Shown piece after piece: positions 19,113 through 29,313 of a DNA stretch of 64,000 nucleotides. Positions within the stretch are counted from its first letter, which is position 1. Every line of letters begins with the position of its first letter. The position numbers and the translations under genes are program-made. The stretch is taken from positions 160,001-224,000 of the forward strand of contig CAVXWZ010000001.1 in NCBI GenBank assembly GCA_963765575.1, given 5' to 3'. The DNA comes from an uncultured cyanobacterium. Its GTDB lineage: Bacteria; Cyanobacteriota; Cyanobacteriia; PCC-6307; Cyanobiaceae. The notes under the pieces were generated by a model, which was given only the letters and a program-made list of their open reading frames with translations, was not told the DNA's origin and did not search any database.

Positions 19113-20486
19113 ATGTTTATTGAAAAGATTAAGTCCGAAGGTCTGGCTCATCTTTCTTATCTCGTCGGTGACGGCAGCGAGGCTGTGGTGATTGACCCGC
19201 GTCGTGACTGCACGGTTTACGTCCAGCTTGCCGCCCAGAAGGGGGTGCGGATCATCCACATCTTTGAGACGCACCGCAACGAGGATTATGTGATCGGTTC
19301 ATGTGATCTTGCTCGCCTTACTGGTGCCACCATCCATCATGGTGCGGCCATGGAGTTCGCCTATGGCCAGCCAGTGGCCGAGGGCGACTCGTTTGAGATT
19401 GGTGATATCGGCCTGGCTGTGCTGGAGACACCAGGGCACACCATGGAAAGCATTTCGCTTGTGCTAACTGACCGTAATTACGGTGATACACCTGTGGCCG
19501 TCTTCACAGGCGACGCCCTGTTTGTTGGTGACGTGGGACGAACGGATTTCTTCCCCGAGCGTTCCCGTGCAGTGGCTGGCATGCTTTTCGATAGTATCTT
19601 CGGAAAGCTTCTACCCTTGGGAGACCAAACGATTCTGTACCCAGCGCACGGGGCAGGTTCTGTGTGTGGCGACAGCATGGCCTCCCGTGAGTTTTCGACT
19701 TTGGGTCATGAGCGCAGACATAATCCAGCTCTCCAGATGAGCCACCGTGAGACATTCATCGACTACAAAGTTAATGAGCACCACGATCAGCCACCCTACT
19801 TCCGCAGGATGGAGGCCTACAACAAGAATGGTGCGCCACCTTTGCATGCACTCCCTTCGCCGCCGCCGATCTCACCGGATCTGGTGGAACGGGCCCTGAA
19901 CACTGGGTCGGCTGTCGTTGTTGATCTGCGCAGTCCGGAAGCCTTCGCTGGAGCCTCCATACCGGGCAGCCTGGCCATTCCTCTGGACATGCTGTCAGCC
20001 TATGCCGGTTATTTTTTGGATTATGAGCACGACATCATTCTGATTCCGCAAGACAAGGAACAGATTCCGGTCGCAGTTCGTCACCTGGTACGTATGGGGT
20101 ACGAGCGAATCACCGGGTATCTCAAGGGAGGGCTGTATGCATGGGAAGTCAGCGGTCGAAACTACGAGCGAATCGAAGCCGTACACGCGCAGGCACTGAG
20201 TGAGCGCCTTCAGGCCGGCAGCGACTTCACCCTTCTGGATGTCCGCAAGATCAGCGAGTTCAGGCAGGGCCATGTGGAGGGTGCGACGCACATCTTTCTG
20301 GGTGATCTGCAGCAGCGTCTCGGCGACATCGACAAGGACAGGCCCGTGGTCACGTTCTGTGGCAGCGGCCGGCGAGCCATCATCGCTGCCTCGATCCTGA
20401 AGCGCCATGGCTTTCAGCACATTGAGAATGCTTTCGGGTCGATGCAGGCCTGCCAAAGCATTGGCTGCCCGATTCAGAAGGGCTGA
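19113..20486 (+). CDS. MBL-fold persulfide dioxygenase-like protein fused to two rhodanese domains
   Basis: ETHRNED, TPGHT, FTGDALFVGDVGRTD, PAHGAGSVCG, C-terminal rhodanese FCGSGRRA. Confidence 0.88.
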   Translation: MFIEKIKSEGLAHLSYLVGDGSEAVVIDPRRDCTVYVQLAAQKGVRIIHIFETHRNEDYVIGSCDLARLTGATIHHGAAMEFAYGQPVAEGDSFEIGDIGLAVLETPGHTMESISLVLTDRNYGDTPVAVFTGDALFVGDVGRTDFFPERSRAVAGMLFDSIFGKLLPLGDQTILYPAHGAGSVCGDSMASREFSTLGHERRHNPALQMSHRETFIDYKVNEHHDQPPYFRRMEAYNKNGAPPLHALPSPPPISPDLVERALNTGSAVVVDLRSPEAFAGASIPGSLAIPLDMLSAYAGYFLDYEHDIILIPQDKEQIPVAVRHLVRMGYERITGYLKGGLYAWEVSGRNYERIEAVHAQALSERLQAGSDFTLLDVRKISEFRQGHVEGATHIFLGDLQQRLGDIDKDRPVVTFCGSGRRAIIAASILKRHGFQHIENAFGSMQACQSIGCPIQKG

Positions 20487-20759
20487 ATGCTGAATTCCGA
20501 TAAATCCTGAGTTGATGGGTGCAACCGCATGTCTGCCTGTCCTGTCATCGTTGTCATGGTCCAGGCCGCCTGTGCCATTGGCTGCGCCAAACCCCACAAG
20601 GAGCAAGCCGGCGCCGATCTTCGCCAGCCATGCCCCAGTGGCTTGGCGATATGAGCCCCAGGCGCCAGCTCCGGCACATTGGGCTTCGCCCATCCCGAGG
20701 ACGCAATTAACTGCACCACGCCCCAACTGCCGGGCGTGGTGCTGTAGTGGCGATCATTT

Positions 20760-21104
20760 TCATCGGCGGGATGCAATCGCAGAAAAGCCCTTTCTGCGAT
20801 AAACACCAACGCCACGCCAAGCGCTGGCCCCAGTCTTGAGACTGCGTCCATAGGCCTTCTTGAGGAACATGGCTATCCCTCCTGCAGAGGTATAATGCTG
20901 GAGCATCTTCACATGGCTGTAGGCGCTGAACCCGGCAACGATCGCCGCACCGATAAAGGCCAGGGTAAACCATGGTCCAGCGAGTTCAGCGACCTGTGCG
21001 GTCAGGGCAAAGATTCCTGCGCCGACCATCACGCCGGTACCCATTGACACGGCCCCCCAGAGGCTCAGCGAGCCACTGTTTCCTGGCTGTCTGTCGTGGT
21101 TCAT
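20760..21104 (-). pseudogene. Truncated APC-family amino-acid permease
   Basis: SLSLWGAVSMGTGVMVGAGIFAL..SAGGIAMFLKKAYG matches the APC N-terminus; homology lost after ~95 codons. Confidence 0.8.
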
Positions 21105-21549
21105 CTGCTGCCAAGTTTTTGTGTCAGTCTCCCTGACATTCTGCGTCTGTGTGGCTGCGAGCTCGGGGCCACTGTTCCGGAAGCCTGGTCCGGCTCCAGC
21201 TCGACGGGGACTGGCCATCGTCTTTGGGGACATCACGATGGTTTGGCAAGCCATCCTGCCTCAGCCCTAGGGATTCAGAGTCGTTGGCATGGCCAACTGG
21301 GATAAACCTGAGCAATGGAAGAATTGGCGGCTTACCTCGATCAAGCTCCATTCCGGCGCCTCGACCAATCGATATCACCCTCAACGACCACAAAACTGGC
21401 GGTGACTGTGGCTCTTGGGTGTTTTGTGAAAGCTTTGGAGCTCTCCACGACCCGCCACTATCCTGATGCATTCGGCTTTCCCCATGGCCGCGGTCTGCAC
21501 CGTTGGTAGACCCGGCAGAGACAGGATCCAGAGCATGGCAAACCGCCGC

Positions 21550-22575
21550 CTATCCTGCAACCTTCCTGTAGGGGAAAAGCCATCGGTTGCGGTTGGCGAT
21601 CGCCACCAGGGCGAGCATCACCGGCACTTCCACCAGCACCCCCACTACGGTGGCCAGGGCGGCGCCGGAGCGCACGCCGAACAGGCTGATGGCCACCGCC
21701 ACCGCCAGCTCGAAGAAATTGGAGGCGCCGATCAGGGCGCCTGGGGCGGCCACGTCGTGCTGCTGGTGGCAGGCGCGCATGCCCAGGGCGGTCAGCAGGA
21801 AGATCAGCAGCGTCTGCAGGATCAGCGGGATCGCCACCATCACGATCAGGGCGGGGTTCTCGGCGATGCGGCTGGCCTGGAAGCCGAACAGCAGCAGCAC
21901 CGTGCCCAGCAGGCCGACGATCGCCCAGGGCTTGAGCAGCCGCTCCAGATGCTCGATGGCGCGCTCGCTGGCCAGGCTGCGGCGGGTGAGCCAGCCGGCC
22001 GCCAGGGGGATCACCACGAACAGGCCCACCGAGAGTTGCAGGGTGTCCCAGGGCACCACCACCTGGCTCACCCCCAGCAGCAGGGCAGCGATCGGCGCGA
22101 AGGCCACCACCATGATCAGGTCGTTCACCGCCACCTGCACCAGGGTGTAAGTGGCATTGCCGCGGCAGAGCTGGCTCCACACGAACACCATCGCCGTGCA
22201 GGGGGCCACCCCCAGCAGGATCATGCCGGCGATCAGTTCATCGCCCAGCTCCGGCGGGATCCAGGCCGCGAAGATGCCGCGGACGAACCACCAGGCCAGC
22301 AGGGCCATGGTGAAGGGCTTCACCAGCCAGTTCATCCCCACCGTCACCAGCAGCGGCTGGGGGTTGCGGCCGATGCGGCGCACGACGCCGAAGTCCACCG
22401 CCAGCATCATCGGGTAGATCATCAGCCAGATCAGCACCGCGATCACCAGGTTGATCTGGGCGATCTGGATGCCCCCCAGCAGCGTGAACAGGCCAGGGAA
22501 GATCTGGCCCAGCACCATGCCGGCGGCGATGGCCAGGGCCACCCAGAGACTCAGCCAGCGTTCAAAAATTCCCAT
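21550..22575 (-). CDS. acr3: Acr3 arsenite efflux transporter
   Basis: [52 protein letters not shown]. Confidence 0.96.
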   Translation of the reverse strand: MGIFERWLSLWVALAIAAGMVLGQIFPGLFTLLGGIQIAQINLVIAVLIWLMIYPMMLAVDFGVVRRIGRNPQPLLVTVGMNWLVKPFTMALLAWWFVRGIFAAWIPPELGDELIAGMILLGVAPCTAMVFVWSQLCRGNATYTLVQVAVNDLIMVVAFAPIAALLLGVSQVVVPWDTLQLSVGLFVVIPLAAGWLTRRSLASERAIEHLERLLKPWAIVGLLGTVLLLFGFQASRIAENPALIVMVAIPLILQTLLIFLLTALGMRACHQQHDVAAPGALIGASNFFELAVAVAISLFGVRSGAALATVVGVLVEVPVMLALVAIANRNRWLFPYRKVAG

Positions 22576-22576
22576 C

Positions 22577-22936
22577 TCAATCGCAGCAGGGTGTGGCCGG
22601 AGCGGTGCACTGGCGGGCAAGGGCCGCCAGCCAGCCCTGCAGCGCCTGCAGGGCCTCCGGGCGCAGGCGGTAGTACACCCAGCGGCCGCTGTGACGGTCG
22701 CTCAGGAGCCCGGCATCCCGCAGCACCTTGAGGTGGAACGACAGCCGCGACTGGGCCAGGCCCAGCTCGGTGGTGAGATCACACACGCAGCGCTCGCCGC
22801 TTGCCAGGGCTTCCAGCACCTGCAGCCGACAGGGATCGGCCAGGGCCTTGAGCAGCGCCCGCGCCTGCTCGCTGTCCAGATGGGTGCCCGGATGCGTGCC
22901 CAGAGCCCTGGCGGGGGAATCTCTTAACCCGTTCAT
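22577..22936 (-). CDS. arsR: Arsenite-responsive repressor
   Basis: [28 protein letters not shown]-terminal CC; directly upstream of acr3; start uncertain. Confidence 0.92.
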   Translation of the reverse strand: MNGLRDSPARALGTHPGTHLDSEQARALLKALADPCRLQVLEALASGERCVCDLTTELGLAQSRLSFHLKVLRDAGLLSDRHSGRWVYYRLRPEALQALQGWLAALARQCTAPATPCCD

Positions 22937-22942
22937 AAAATC

Positions 22943-22960
22943 CATCAAGCACCATTGATG
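22943..22960. promoter_or_regulatory. ArsR operator palindrome
   Basis: CATCAA-GCACCA-TTGATG between divergent arsR-acr3 and gap3-arsJ; matches ATCAA-N6-TTGAT. Confidence 0.8.
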
Positions 22961-22988
22961 TGAGAGTACTGCCGGTCGCTCTGGCGCT

Positions 22989-24014
22989 GTGCGCATCGGC
23001 ATCAACGGCTTCGGCCGCATCGGCCGCCTGGTGTTCCGGGCCCTCTGGGGCCGCCCCGGCATCGAGGTGGTTCACGTCAACGACTGCGCCGGCGATGCCG
23101 CCACCGCCGCCCACCTGCTGGAGTTCGACTCGGTGCACGGCCGCTGGGGCCACCCGGTGACGGCCCAGGCCGCCGGTTTCACCGTGGAGGGCAGCGCGGT
23201 GGGCTATTCCCAGGTCAGCCACCCCGCTGCCGTTCCCTGGGCCGCTGCCGGCGTGCGGCTGGTGCTGGAGTGCAGCGGCAAGGTGAAGACAGCCGAGGCC
23301 CTCGCCGCCTACTTCTGCGCGGACGACATCGTCAAGGTGATCGTGGCCTGTCCGGTGAAGGGAGCGCTGGACGGTGTGGAGATCCCCAACATCGTGTTCG
23401 GCATCAACCACGCCAGCTACCAGCCGGATCGCCACCGCCTGCTCACCGCCGCCTCCTGCACCACCAACTGCCTGGCGCCGGTGGTGAAGGTGGTGCATGA
23501 GAGCTTCGGCATCCGCCACGGCTCGATCACCACCCTGCATGATGTCACCAACACCCAGGTGGTGATCGACAGCTTCAAGAGCGATCTGCGCCGCGCCCGC
23601 TCCTGCCTGCAGAACCTGATCCCCACCAGCACCGGTTCGGCCCGGGCGATCGGCCTGATCTTTCCCGACCTGCAGGGCCGCCTCAACGGCCACGCCATCC
23701 GCGTGCCCCTGCTCAATGCCTCGATCACTGACGCGGTGTTCGAGCTGGAGCGCAGCGTCACGGTGGAGGAGGTGAACGGCGCCTTTGAGATCGCTGCCAA
23801 CGGCCCCCTGCAGGGGATCCTCGGCTACGAAACCCGGCCGCTGGTGTCGAGCGATTTCCTCAACGACAGCCGCAGCTCGATCGTGGATGCCCTCTCCACC
23901 CTGGTGACGGGCGGCACCCAGCTCAAGGTGTACGCCTGGTACGACAACGAGTGGGGCTACAGCTGCCGCATGGCCGATCTGGCCTGCCACGTGATTGCCC
24001 AGGAGGCTTGCTGA
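22989..24014 (+). CDS. gap3: ArsJ-associated glyceraldehyde-3-phosphate dehydrogenase
   Basis: GINGFGRIGR, ASCTTNCLAP, WYDNEWGY; stop overlaps arsJ start. Confidence 0.93.
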   Translation: MRIGINGFGRIGRLVFRALWGRPGIEVVHVNDCAGDAATAAHLLEFDSVHGRWGHPVTAQAAGFTVEGSAVGYSQVSHPAAVPWAAAGVRLVLECSGKVKTAEALAAYFCADDIVKVIVACPVKGALDGVEIPNIVFGINHASYQPDRHRLLTAASCTTNCLAPVVKVVHESFGIRHGSITTLHDVTNTQVVIDSFKSDLRRARSCLQNLIPTSTGSARAIGLIFPDLQGRLNGHAIRVPLLNASITDAVFELERSVTVEEVNGAFEIAANGPLQGILGYETRPLVSSDFLNDSRSSIVDALSTLVTGGTQLKVYAWYDNEWGYSCRMADLACHVIAQEAC

Positions 24015-25264
24015 TGCGCACGCTCTCGCCGGTTCAGCAGTACAGCATCATCACGGCCAACAACTGGGCTTTCACCATCACCGATGGAGCCCTGCGGATG
24101 TTGGTGGTGTTCCACTTTCTGCAGCTGGGGTTCACCACACTTGAGGTGGCTTTCCTGTTCATTTTCTATGAGTTTTTCGGGGTTCTCACCAACCTCTACG
24201 GCGGCTGGCTGGGAGCCCGCTTCGGCCTCAAACTCACGCTCTGGATCGGCACGGTGCTGCAGATCGTGGCCCTGTTGCTGCTGGTGCCGGTGGCGGATAC
24301 CTGGCCCAGACTGCTCTCGGTGGTGTGGGTGATGCTGGCCCAGGCCCTCAGCGGCATCGCCAAGGATCTCGAGAAGATGAGCGCCAAGAGCGCCATTCGC
24401 GTGGTGGTTCCTGAAACCCCCGACGATCACAGCCGCGGCGAGGGGCAGTTGTTTCGCTGGGTGGCCATCCTCACCGGCGCCAAGAACGCCCTCAAGGGCC
24501 TGGGCTTTTTTGTGGGCGGTGTTCTGCTCACCACCGTGGGCTTCAATGCGGGCGTGGTGGTGCTGGCTGGCTGGCTGGCGGTGGCCTTTCTGGTCACCCT
24601 GCTGCTGCCACGGGACATCGGCAAGATGAAGAGCAAACCGGCCTTCAGCTCCCTGCTGTCCAAGAGTGAGGGCATCAATGTGCTGTCGCTGGCCCGCTTC
24701 TTCCTGTTTGGAGCCCGCGATGTGTGGTTCGTGGTGGCCCTGCCGGTGTTTCTGCAGGCGAGCCTGGGCTGGGACTTCTGGAAGGTGGGGGGCTTCATGG
24801 GCCTGTGGGTGATCGGCTACGGGATCATCCAGGGTTCCGCCCCCAGCCTGCGCCGGGCCTGGGGCAGCGATCGCCCCCCCGGTCCGCCGGCCGTGCAGTT
24901 CTGGGCGGCCGTGCTCACGGCGATTCCGGCGCTGATCGCCATCACCCTGTGGCGTGAGGTGGGCAACCCCGGCATCGCCGTGGTGGTGGGGCTGATGGTG
25001 TTCGGGGTGGTGTTTGCCATGAATTCCTCGATTCACAGCTACATGATTCTTGCCTACACCGAAGCCGACGATGTGAGCCTGAATGTGGGCTTCTATTACA
25101 TGGCCAATGCCGCCGGCCGTCTCTTGGGCACCCTGCTGTCCGGGGCCCTGTTCCTGGTGGGCGGGCTGCAGGCCTGTCTGTGGGCCTCCTGTCTTCTGGT
25201 GATCCTGGCCTTCCTCGCCGGCAGGCGGCTGCCCACGCCACCGCGGCAGCTGCAGCCTGCTTAG
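24014..25264 (+). CDS. arsJ: Organoarsenical efflux MFS transporter
   Basis: WAFTITDGALRMLV, SGIAKDL.KMSAKS, FGARDVWFVVALP, NVGFYYMANA. Confidence 0.95.
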   Translation: MRTLSPVQQYSIITANNWAFTITDGALRMLVVFHFLQLGFTTLEVAFLFIFYEFFGVLTNLYGGWLGARFGLKLTLWIGTVLQIVALLLLVPVADTWPRLLSVVWVMLAQALSGIAKDLEKMSAKSAIRVVVPETPDDHSRGEGQLFRWVAILTGAKNALKGLGFFVGGVLLTTVGFNAGVVVLAGWLAVAFLVTLLLPRDIGKMKSKPAFSSLLSKSEGINVLSLARFFLFGARDVWFVVALPVFLQASLGWDFWKVGGFMGLWVIGYGIIQGSAPSLRRAWGSDRPPGPPAVQFWAAVLTAIPALIAITLWREVGNPGIAVVVGLMVFGVVFAMNSSIHSYMILAYTEADDVSLNVGFYYMANAAGRLLGTLLSGALFLVGGLQACLWASCLLVILAFLAGRRLPTPPRQLQPA

Positions 25265-26328
25265 CGGTAACCCTCCTTGCGGGTGTCCTCGAAGCTGCGG
25301 CGCAGGGCTTCGCCGATGGTGAGACCCACCGGCAGATCACCACCGAAGGAGGTGCCGAGGATGTGGCGGTAGAGCTTGGTTTCCACCAGCCGGTAGGTGT
25401 CGGCGGGGAGGGGGATGTAGCCGGCTTCCTCCACGAAGCGCAGGCCGTTGCCCACCGTGAAGCCCACGAAGCTGCGGATGGTGTCATCGCTGCGCATCTG
25501 CTGATCGTTCACATAGATGAACAGCGGCCGCGACAGGGGCTTGTAGGTGCCGTCCTGGGCCGTATCCACCGAAGGTGCCACGGGGATGCCATCGGGGCCG
25601 GCGATGGCCAGGGCGTTGAGGCGATCGCGGTTGGCCTGGTAGTAGGCGAAGCCGAAATAGCCCATGGCGTTGGGGTCAGTGGCGACGCAGTCCACGATCA
25701 CCGTGTCGTCCTCGCTGGTCTTGACGTCGCTGCGGGAATTGGCACTGTCGCCGTTGATGGCCTCGTTGAAATAATCGAAGGTACCGGAGTCGGCGCCCGG
25801 GCTGCAGAGCCGCAGGGGGCGGTCCGGCCAGGTGCCGTTGATCTGATTCCAGCTGTTCACCTGGCCTTCGGCCTGCTGCGACCAGGTGCGTGCCAGTGCC
25901 GTGGTGGTGATGGCGGTGGCCCAGTCGTTGCTGCCGTTCACCACCACCGTGAGCGCATCGAAGGCCAGCGGCAGTTCAATGAAGGTGATGCCGCGCTCGG
26001 CGCAGGCCTTGAGTTCGGAGCTGTTGATCGGCCGGGAGGCATTGGCGATGGCGATGCTGCCCTGGCAGAACTCGCGCAGGCCGCCACTGGTGCCGACTTC
26101 AGAGAGTTTGATGGTGATGTCGCGGCCGCGGTTGGTGGTGGCAAAGGCCTCAGCGGCCTTCTCGATCACGGGGAAGACCGTGCTGGAGCCGCTGATGGCG
26201 AGGGTGGAGCCCCCACCAGTGGCATCCCTGTTGTCTGAGACGCGACCACCGCAACTGCTCACCAGGGCCAGGGAGGCCGTGAGCAGGAGGGCGGAAAACG
26301 GGCGGGCCATGGGGGCGAGAACATGCAT
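25261..26328 (-). CDS. PstS-family phosphate-binding lipoprotein (SphX-type)
   Basis: Lipobox VSSC, GSSTVFP, GTSGG..FC, NASRPI, DSGTFDYF, YKPLSRPLFIY. Confidence 0.92.
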   Translation of the reverse strand: MHVLAPMARPFSALLLTASLALVSSCGGRVSDNRDATGGGSTLAISGSSTVFPVIEKAAEAFATTNRGRDITIKLSEVGTSGGLREFCQGSIAIANASRPINSSELKACAERGITFIELPLAFDALTVVVNGSNDWATAITTTALARTWSQQAEGQVNSWNQINGTWPDRPLRLCSPGADSGTFDYFNEAINGDSANSRSDVKTSEDDTVIVDCVATDPNAMGYFGFAYYQANRDRLNALAIAGPDGIPVAPSVDTAQDGTYKPLSRPLFIYVNDQQMRSDDTIRSFVGFTVGNGLRFVEEAGYIPLPADTYRLVETKLYRHILGTSFGGDLPVGLTIGEALRRSFEDTRKEGYR

Positions 26329-26347
26329 GGTCAGCCTGATGGATTCA

Positions 26348-26376
26348 GATTTTGGGATGGTTAAGAACAGCTCAGG
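26348..26376 (-). promoter_or_regulatory. Pho box
   Basis: Minus strand CCTGAGC-TGTT-CTTAACC-ATCC-CAAAATC, 11-bp period. Confidence 0.6.
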
Positions 26377-26429
26377 ATGTTGGCTCTGTAAGCGTTCGTG
26401 ATCCTTCCATGGGCCACCCCATCGGCATG

Positions 26430-26456
26430 AAAAAAGGGGGCTGTCACCAGCCCCCC
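26430..26456 (-). terminator. Intrinsic terminator of pstS
   Basis: GGGGGCTG-GTGA-CAGCCCCC followed by T6 on minus strand. Confidence 0.85.
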
Positions 26457-26478
26457 ACTTGCTGCCTGGATCAGCAGA

Positions 26479-27534
26479 TCATTCCTTGATCTTGTCGATT
26501 TCTGCGAGAGCACGCTTGAGCACATCACCCTTGAGCGGCACGTAGCCAAGCTCAGCAGCGGTGGCCTGAGGGCCCTCTTGGAGGGACCACTTGAGGAACG
26601 TGCGCACGGCCTCGGCCTTCTCGGGGCCGTAGCCGTTTTCGTAGGCGAGGATCCAGGTGAAGGCCGCGATCGGGAAGCTGTCGGCGCCGGCCGGATTGCA
26701 GTCGGTGCCGCCCAGACGCTCATCGAGCACGATGCCGTTGAGCGCAGCCGCGCCGCTCTCACCGGTGGCGGTGATGAAGTTGCCGTCCTTGTTCTGCACG
26801 GCGGCGCCCTTGATGTCGCCGCGCACGAAGGCCTGGTTGATGTAGCCGATGGAGCCCGGGGTGTTGCCGATCAGGCCGGCAACGCCCTCGTTGCCCTTGC
26901 CACCCACGCCCACCGGCCACTCCACGGCCTTGCCACTGCCCACCGTGTCTTCCCACTCCTTGGAGAAGCAGCTCAGCGAGCTGGTGAACACGGCGGTGGT
27001 GCCGGAGCCGTCGCTGCGGTGGGCCACGGTGATCGGAGCCTCAGGGCAGCCGAGGTCCTTCCAGTCGGTGATCTTGCCCAGGAAGATGTCCGCCAGCTGG
27101 GCCTGGGTGAGCTTCAGGTCAGGGCAGTCGGCGTTGTTGTAGGCCGGCACCACCGTGCCGCCCAGCATTGGGATCTGCAGGGCACCGCGCTCACCGGCGG
27201 TTTCCTTGCTGAATTCTTCCTCGTCCAGCTGTTCGTCGGTGGCGCCGAAGTCAACCGAACCAGCCAGGAACTGGCGCACGCCGGCACCGGAACCAACCGA
27301 CTGGTAGTTGACCTGGTTGCCGGTTTCCGTGGCGTAGTCGCCCGCCCAGCGCTGGTAGGCCGCCGCCGGGAAGGAGGCCCCGGCGCCGTTGATCGTGGGC
27401 AGGGACACGCTGCCGCCGCCCCCACAGCCCGTGGCGAGCATGGAGAGCGACACCAGGCCTCCGGTGATGGCCAGGGAGGAGCGGCGGCCGGGCAGGCGCT
27501 GCTTCGGCTTGGCGGAGGAGCGAATCGGTTGCAT
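26479..27534 (-). CDS. pstS: Phosphate ABC transporter substrate-binding protein
   Basis: Lipobox ATGC, GAGASFP, YQSVGSGAG, RSDGSGTT, GKGNEGV. Confidence 0.96.
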   Translation of the reverse strand: MQPIRSSAKPKQRLPGRRSSLAITGGLVSLSMLATGCGGGGSVSLPTINGAGASFPAAAYQRWAGDYATETGNQVNYQSVGSGAGVRQFLAGSVDFGATDEQLDEEEFSKETAGERGALQIPMLGGTVVPAYNNADCPDLKLTQAQLADIFLGKITDWKDLGCPEAPITVAHRSDGSGTTAVFTSSLSCFSKEWEDTVGSGKAVEWPVGVGGKGNEGVAGLIGNTPGSIGYINQAFVRGDIKGAAVQNKDGNFITATGESGAAALNGIVLDERLGGTDCNPAGADSFPIAAFTWILAYENGYGPEKAEAVRTFLKWSLQEGPQATAAELGYVPLKGDVLKRALAEIDKIKE

Positions 27535-27586
27535 GAACTGGCTGTTGGGACCCAGGACCACATCTAACGGAGCACGGGGGCGATGG

Positions 27587-27615
27587 GCTTAAGGGGTGTT
27601 TATGGCGAGGTTAAA
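27587..27615 (-). promoter_or_regulatory. Triple Pho box upstream of pstS
   Basis: Minus strand TTTAACC-TCGC-CATAAAC-ACCC-CTTAAGC, 11-bp period. Confidence 0.85.
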
Positions 27616-27732
27616 TGCTCATGGATGGAAGCAATCGAGGCCAACGGCAACTCCATCTCACCTGGGTGGCTGCCCTGTGTGTTGACCATGTGCTGACCAT
27701 CTTCACGGATAACCCACGCTGTAGACCCCGCA

Positions 27733-27757
27733 TAAAAAAGCCCCCCGTGAGGGGGGC
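27733..27757 (-). terminator. Intrinsic terminator downstream of porin
   Basis: GCCCCCC-TCAC-GGGGGGC followed by T6. Confidence 0.88.
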
Positions 27758-27838
27758 GGCTGATCCCCGCGGGAATCAGCAGGATGGGTGTGTGAGGACA
27801 GGTCTGAGGGTGAACCGCGGCAGGGCCACGGCCCGCGA
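27733..27838 (-). ncRNA. Candidate Yfr1-like sRNA in porin 3' UTR
   Basis: GUCCUCACAC (Yfr1 motif is ACUCCUCACAC) lies between predicted hairpins and before the terminator. Confidence 0.45.
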
Positions 27839-29310
27839 TCAGAATTTGAACGTGGTCTGGATCACGCCGCCCCAGGCATCGTTGCCGCTGTTGGAGGCCA
27901 CTTGGTCGCCGTAGAACAGCGCCGGGGTGATGCTGATGTTGTCGGTGACCTGGAAGCTGGTACCAGAGCTCATAGAGCATCGAGTCGTTGCGGCTGCCGG
28001 TGAAGGGAGGCTGGCCCAGGGCGAAGCCGGCATCGCTGCCGTTGAGGAACGCGTCATCCCACTGCAGACCCACCATCCAGGACTGGGAATCGCTGATCCC
28101 CTCGTCCTGCCAGTTGTAGCCGTAGCCGGCACTGATCGACGGAATCCAGCCCGCGTCTATCGGCGCCCAGTAGGCCGCGAAGCCAAGGCTGCTGGCGCTG
28201 CCGCCAGCTGGGCACGGTGGAGCTGAAGTTGGGACCCGCAGGCGGCTGTTCTCGGAGCCGTAGCGGTAGGCCACGGCGGCACCCCAGTTGCGACCCTTGA
28301 CGCCCAGCTGGCTGAGCCAGTTGATGCCGCTCTCCTCGGTGAAGGCACCGACGCTGGAGTCGGCGAAGCCATTGTTGGCGACGTAGTTGGTGTCAAAGGT
28401 GATGGCGGGGTTGCCCTTCTCCACCTGCTGCTTCCAGCTGACGCCGACACCGGCGCCGGTGGCTTTGTTGTAGGTGCCGGAGGCACCGGCGAGGCGGAAG
28501 AAGTCGAGGATGCTCGAGTTGTAGGCCTGGGGCGTGAAGCTCAGCATCTCGGTGTTGCGCACCAGGGCGCCCACCGTGAACCGGAAGCTGTCGCCCACCG
28601 GGAAGCGGTAGAAGAGGCGATCCACCTCAACGCTGTTGTCGGTACCTTCGGCCTTGTCCAGCTTGAAGATCTGGGAGCTGCTGCCGAAGGGCAGGGATTC
28701 GAAGTTGCCGGCGCGCAAACGGGTGCGCAGCAGATCCTTGCCGGTGAAGCTGGTGTCGAAGGTCAGCCGCAGGTCGTAGTTGAAGGTGGTTTCGTTCGGA
28801 TCGCCTGTCAGATCCACCGATGGGGCTCTCGAAGTCGGGGGAGCCACCCAGGATGAAGCTGGCCTCACCCTTCAGCACGGTGGTGGTGGAAAACTGGCTG
28901 GCCTCCAGCTCACCCACCTTGGCCTCGAGGCCGTCGACGCGGCCCTTGAGGATGGCGAGTTCCCTCTCGAACTCGGCCATCAGGCGCTTGAGCTCGTCGG
29001 TCACTTCGGTGACGCGGTCGAGACAGGCGTTCAGGAGGGCGGCGGCCTCGAAACGGGTCATGGCCCGCTGGCCCTTGAAGGTGCCGTCGGGATAGCCGGC
29101 GACGCAGCCGTAACGCTCGATCAGGTTGGAGAGCGCCTGGTAGGCCCAGTCCGTGGGGAAGACGTCGGGGAACTGGGAGATGCTGGTGACTTGGTCGCTG
29201 CTGGCGTACTGATTGACGCCATCCAGGTTGACCTCAGCGGCGGTGGCGGCCACGGGGGCCAGCAGTCCGAGTGCCGCAGGGGCAACCAGCAGTTGCTGGA
29301 AGAGTTTCAT
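27839..29310 (-). pseudogene. SLH-domain Som-type porin with several frameshifts (pseudogene or assembly error)
   Basis: MKLFQQLL start, SLH domain, barrel and terminal IQTTFKF lie in three frames; shifts near 28815 and 27960. Confidence 0.85.
28874..29211. repeat. Dispersed direct repeat copy 2 (porin SLH/coiled-coil coding region)
   Basis: Near-identical to 3668-4005. Confidence 0.95.
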
Positions 29311-29313
29311 CGG

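Noticed and set aside
22989..24014. Glycolytic or Calvin-cycle GAPDH
   Set aside because: Coupled to arsJ and behind an ArsR operator
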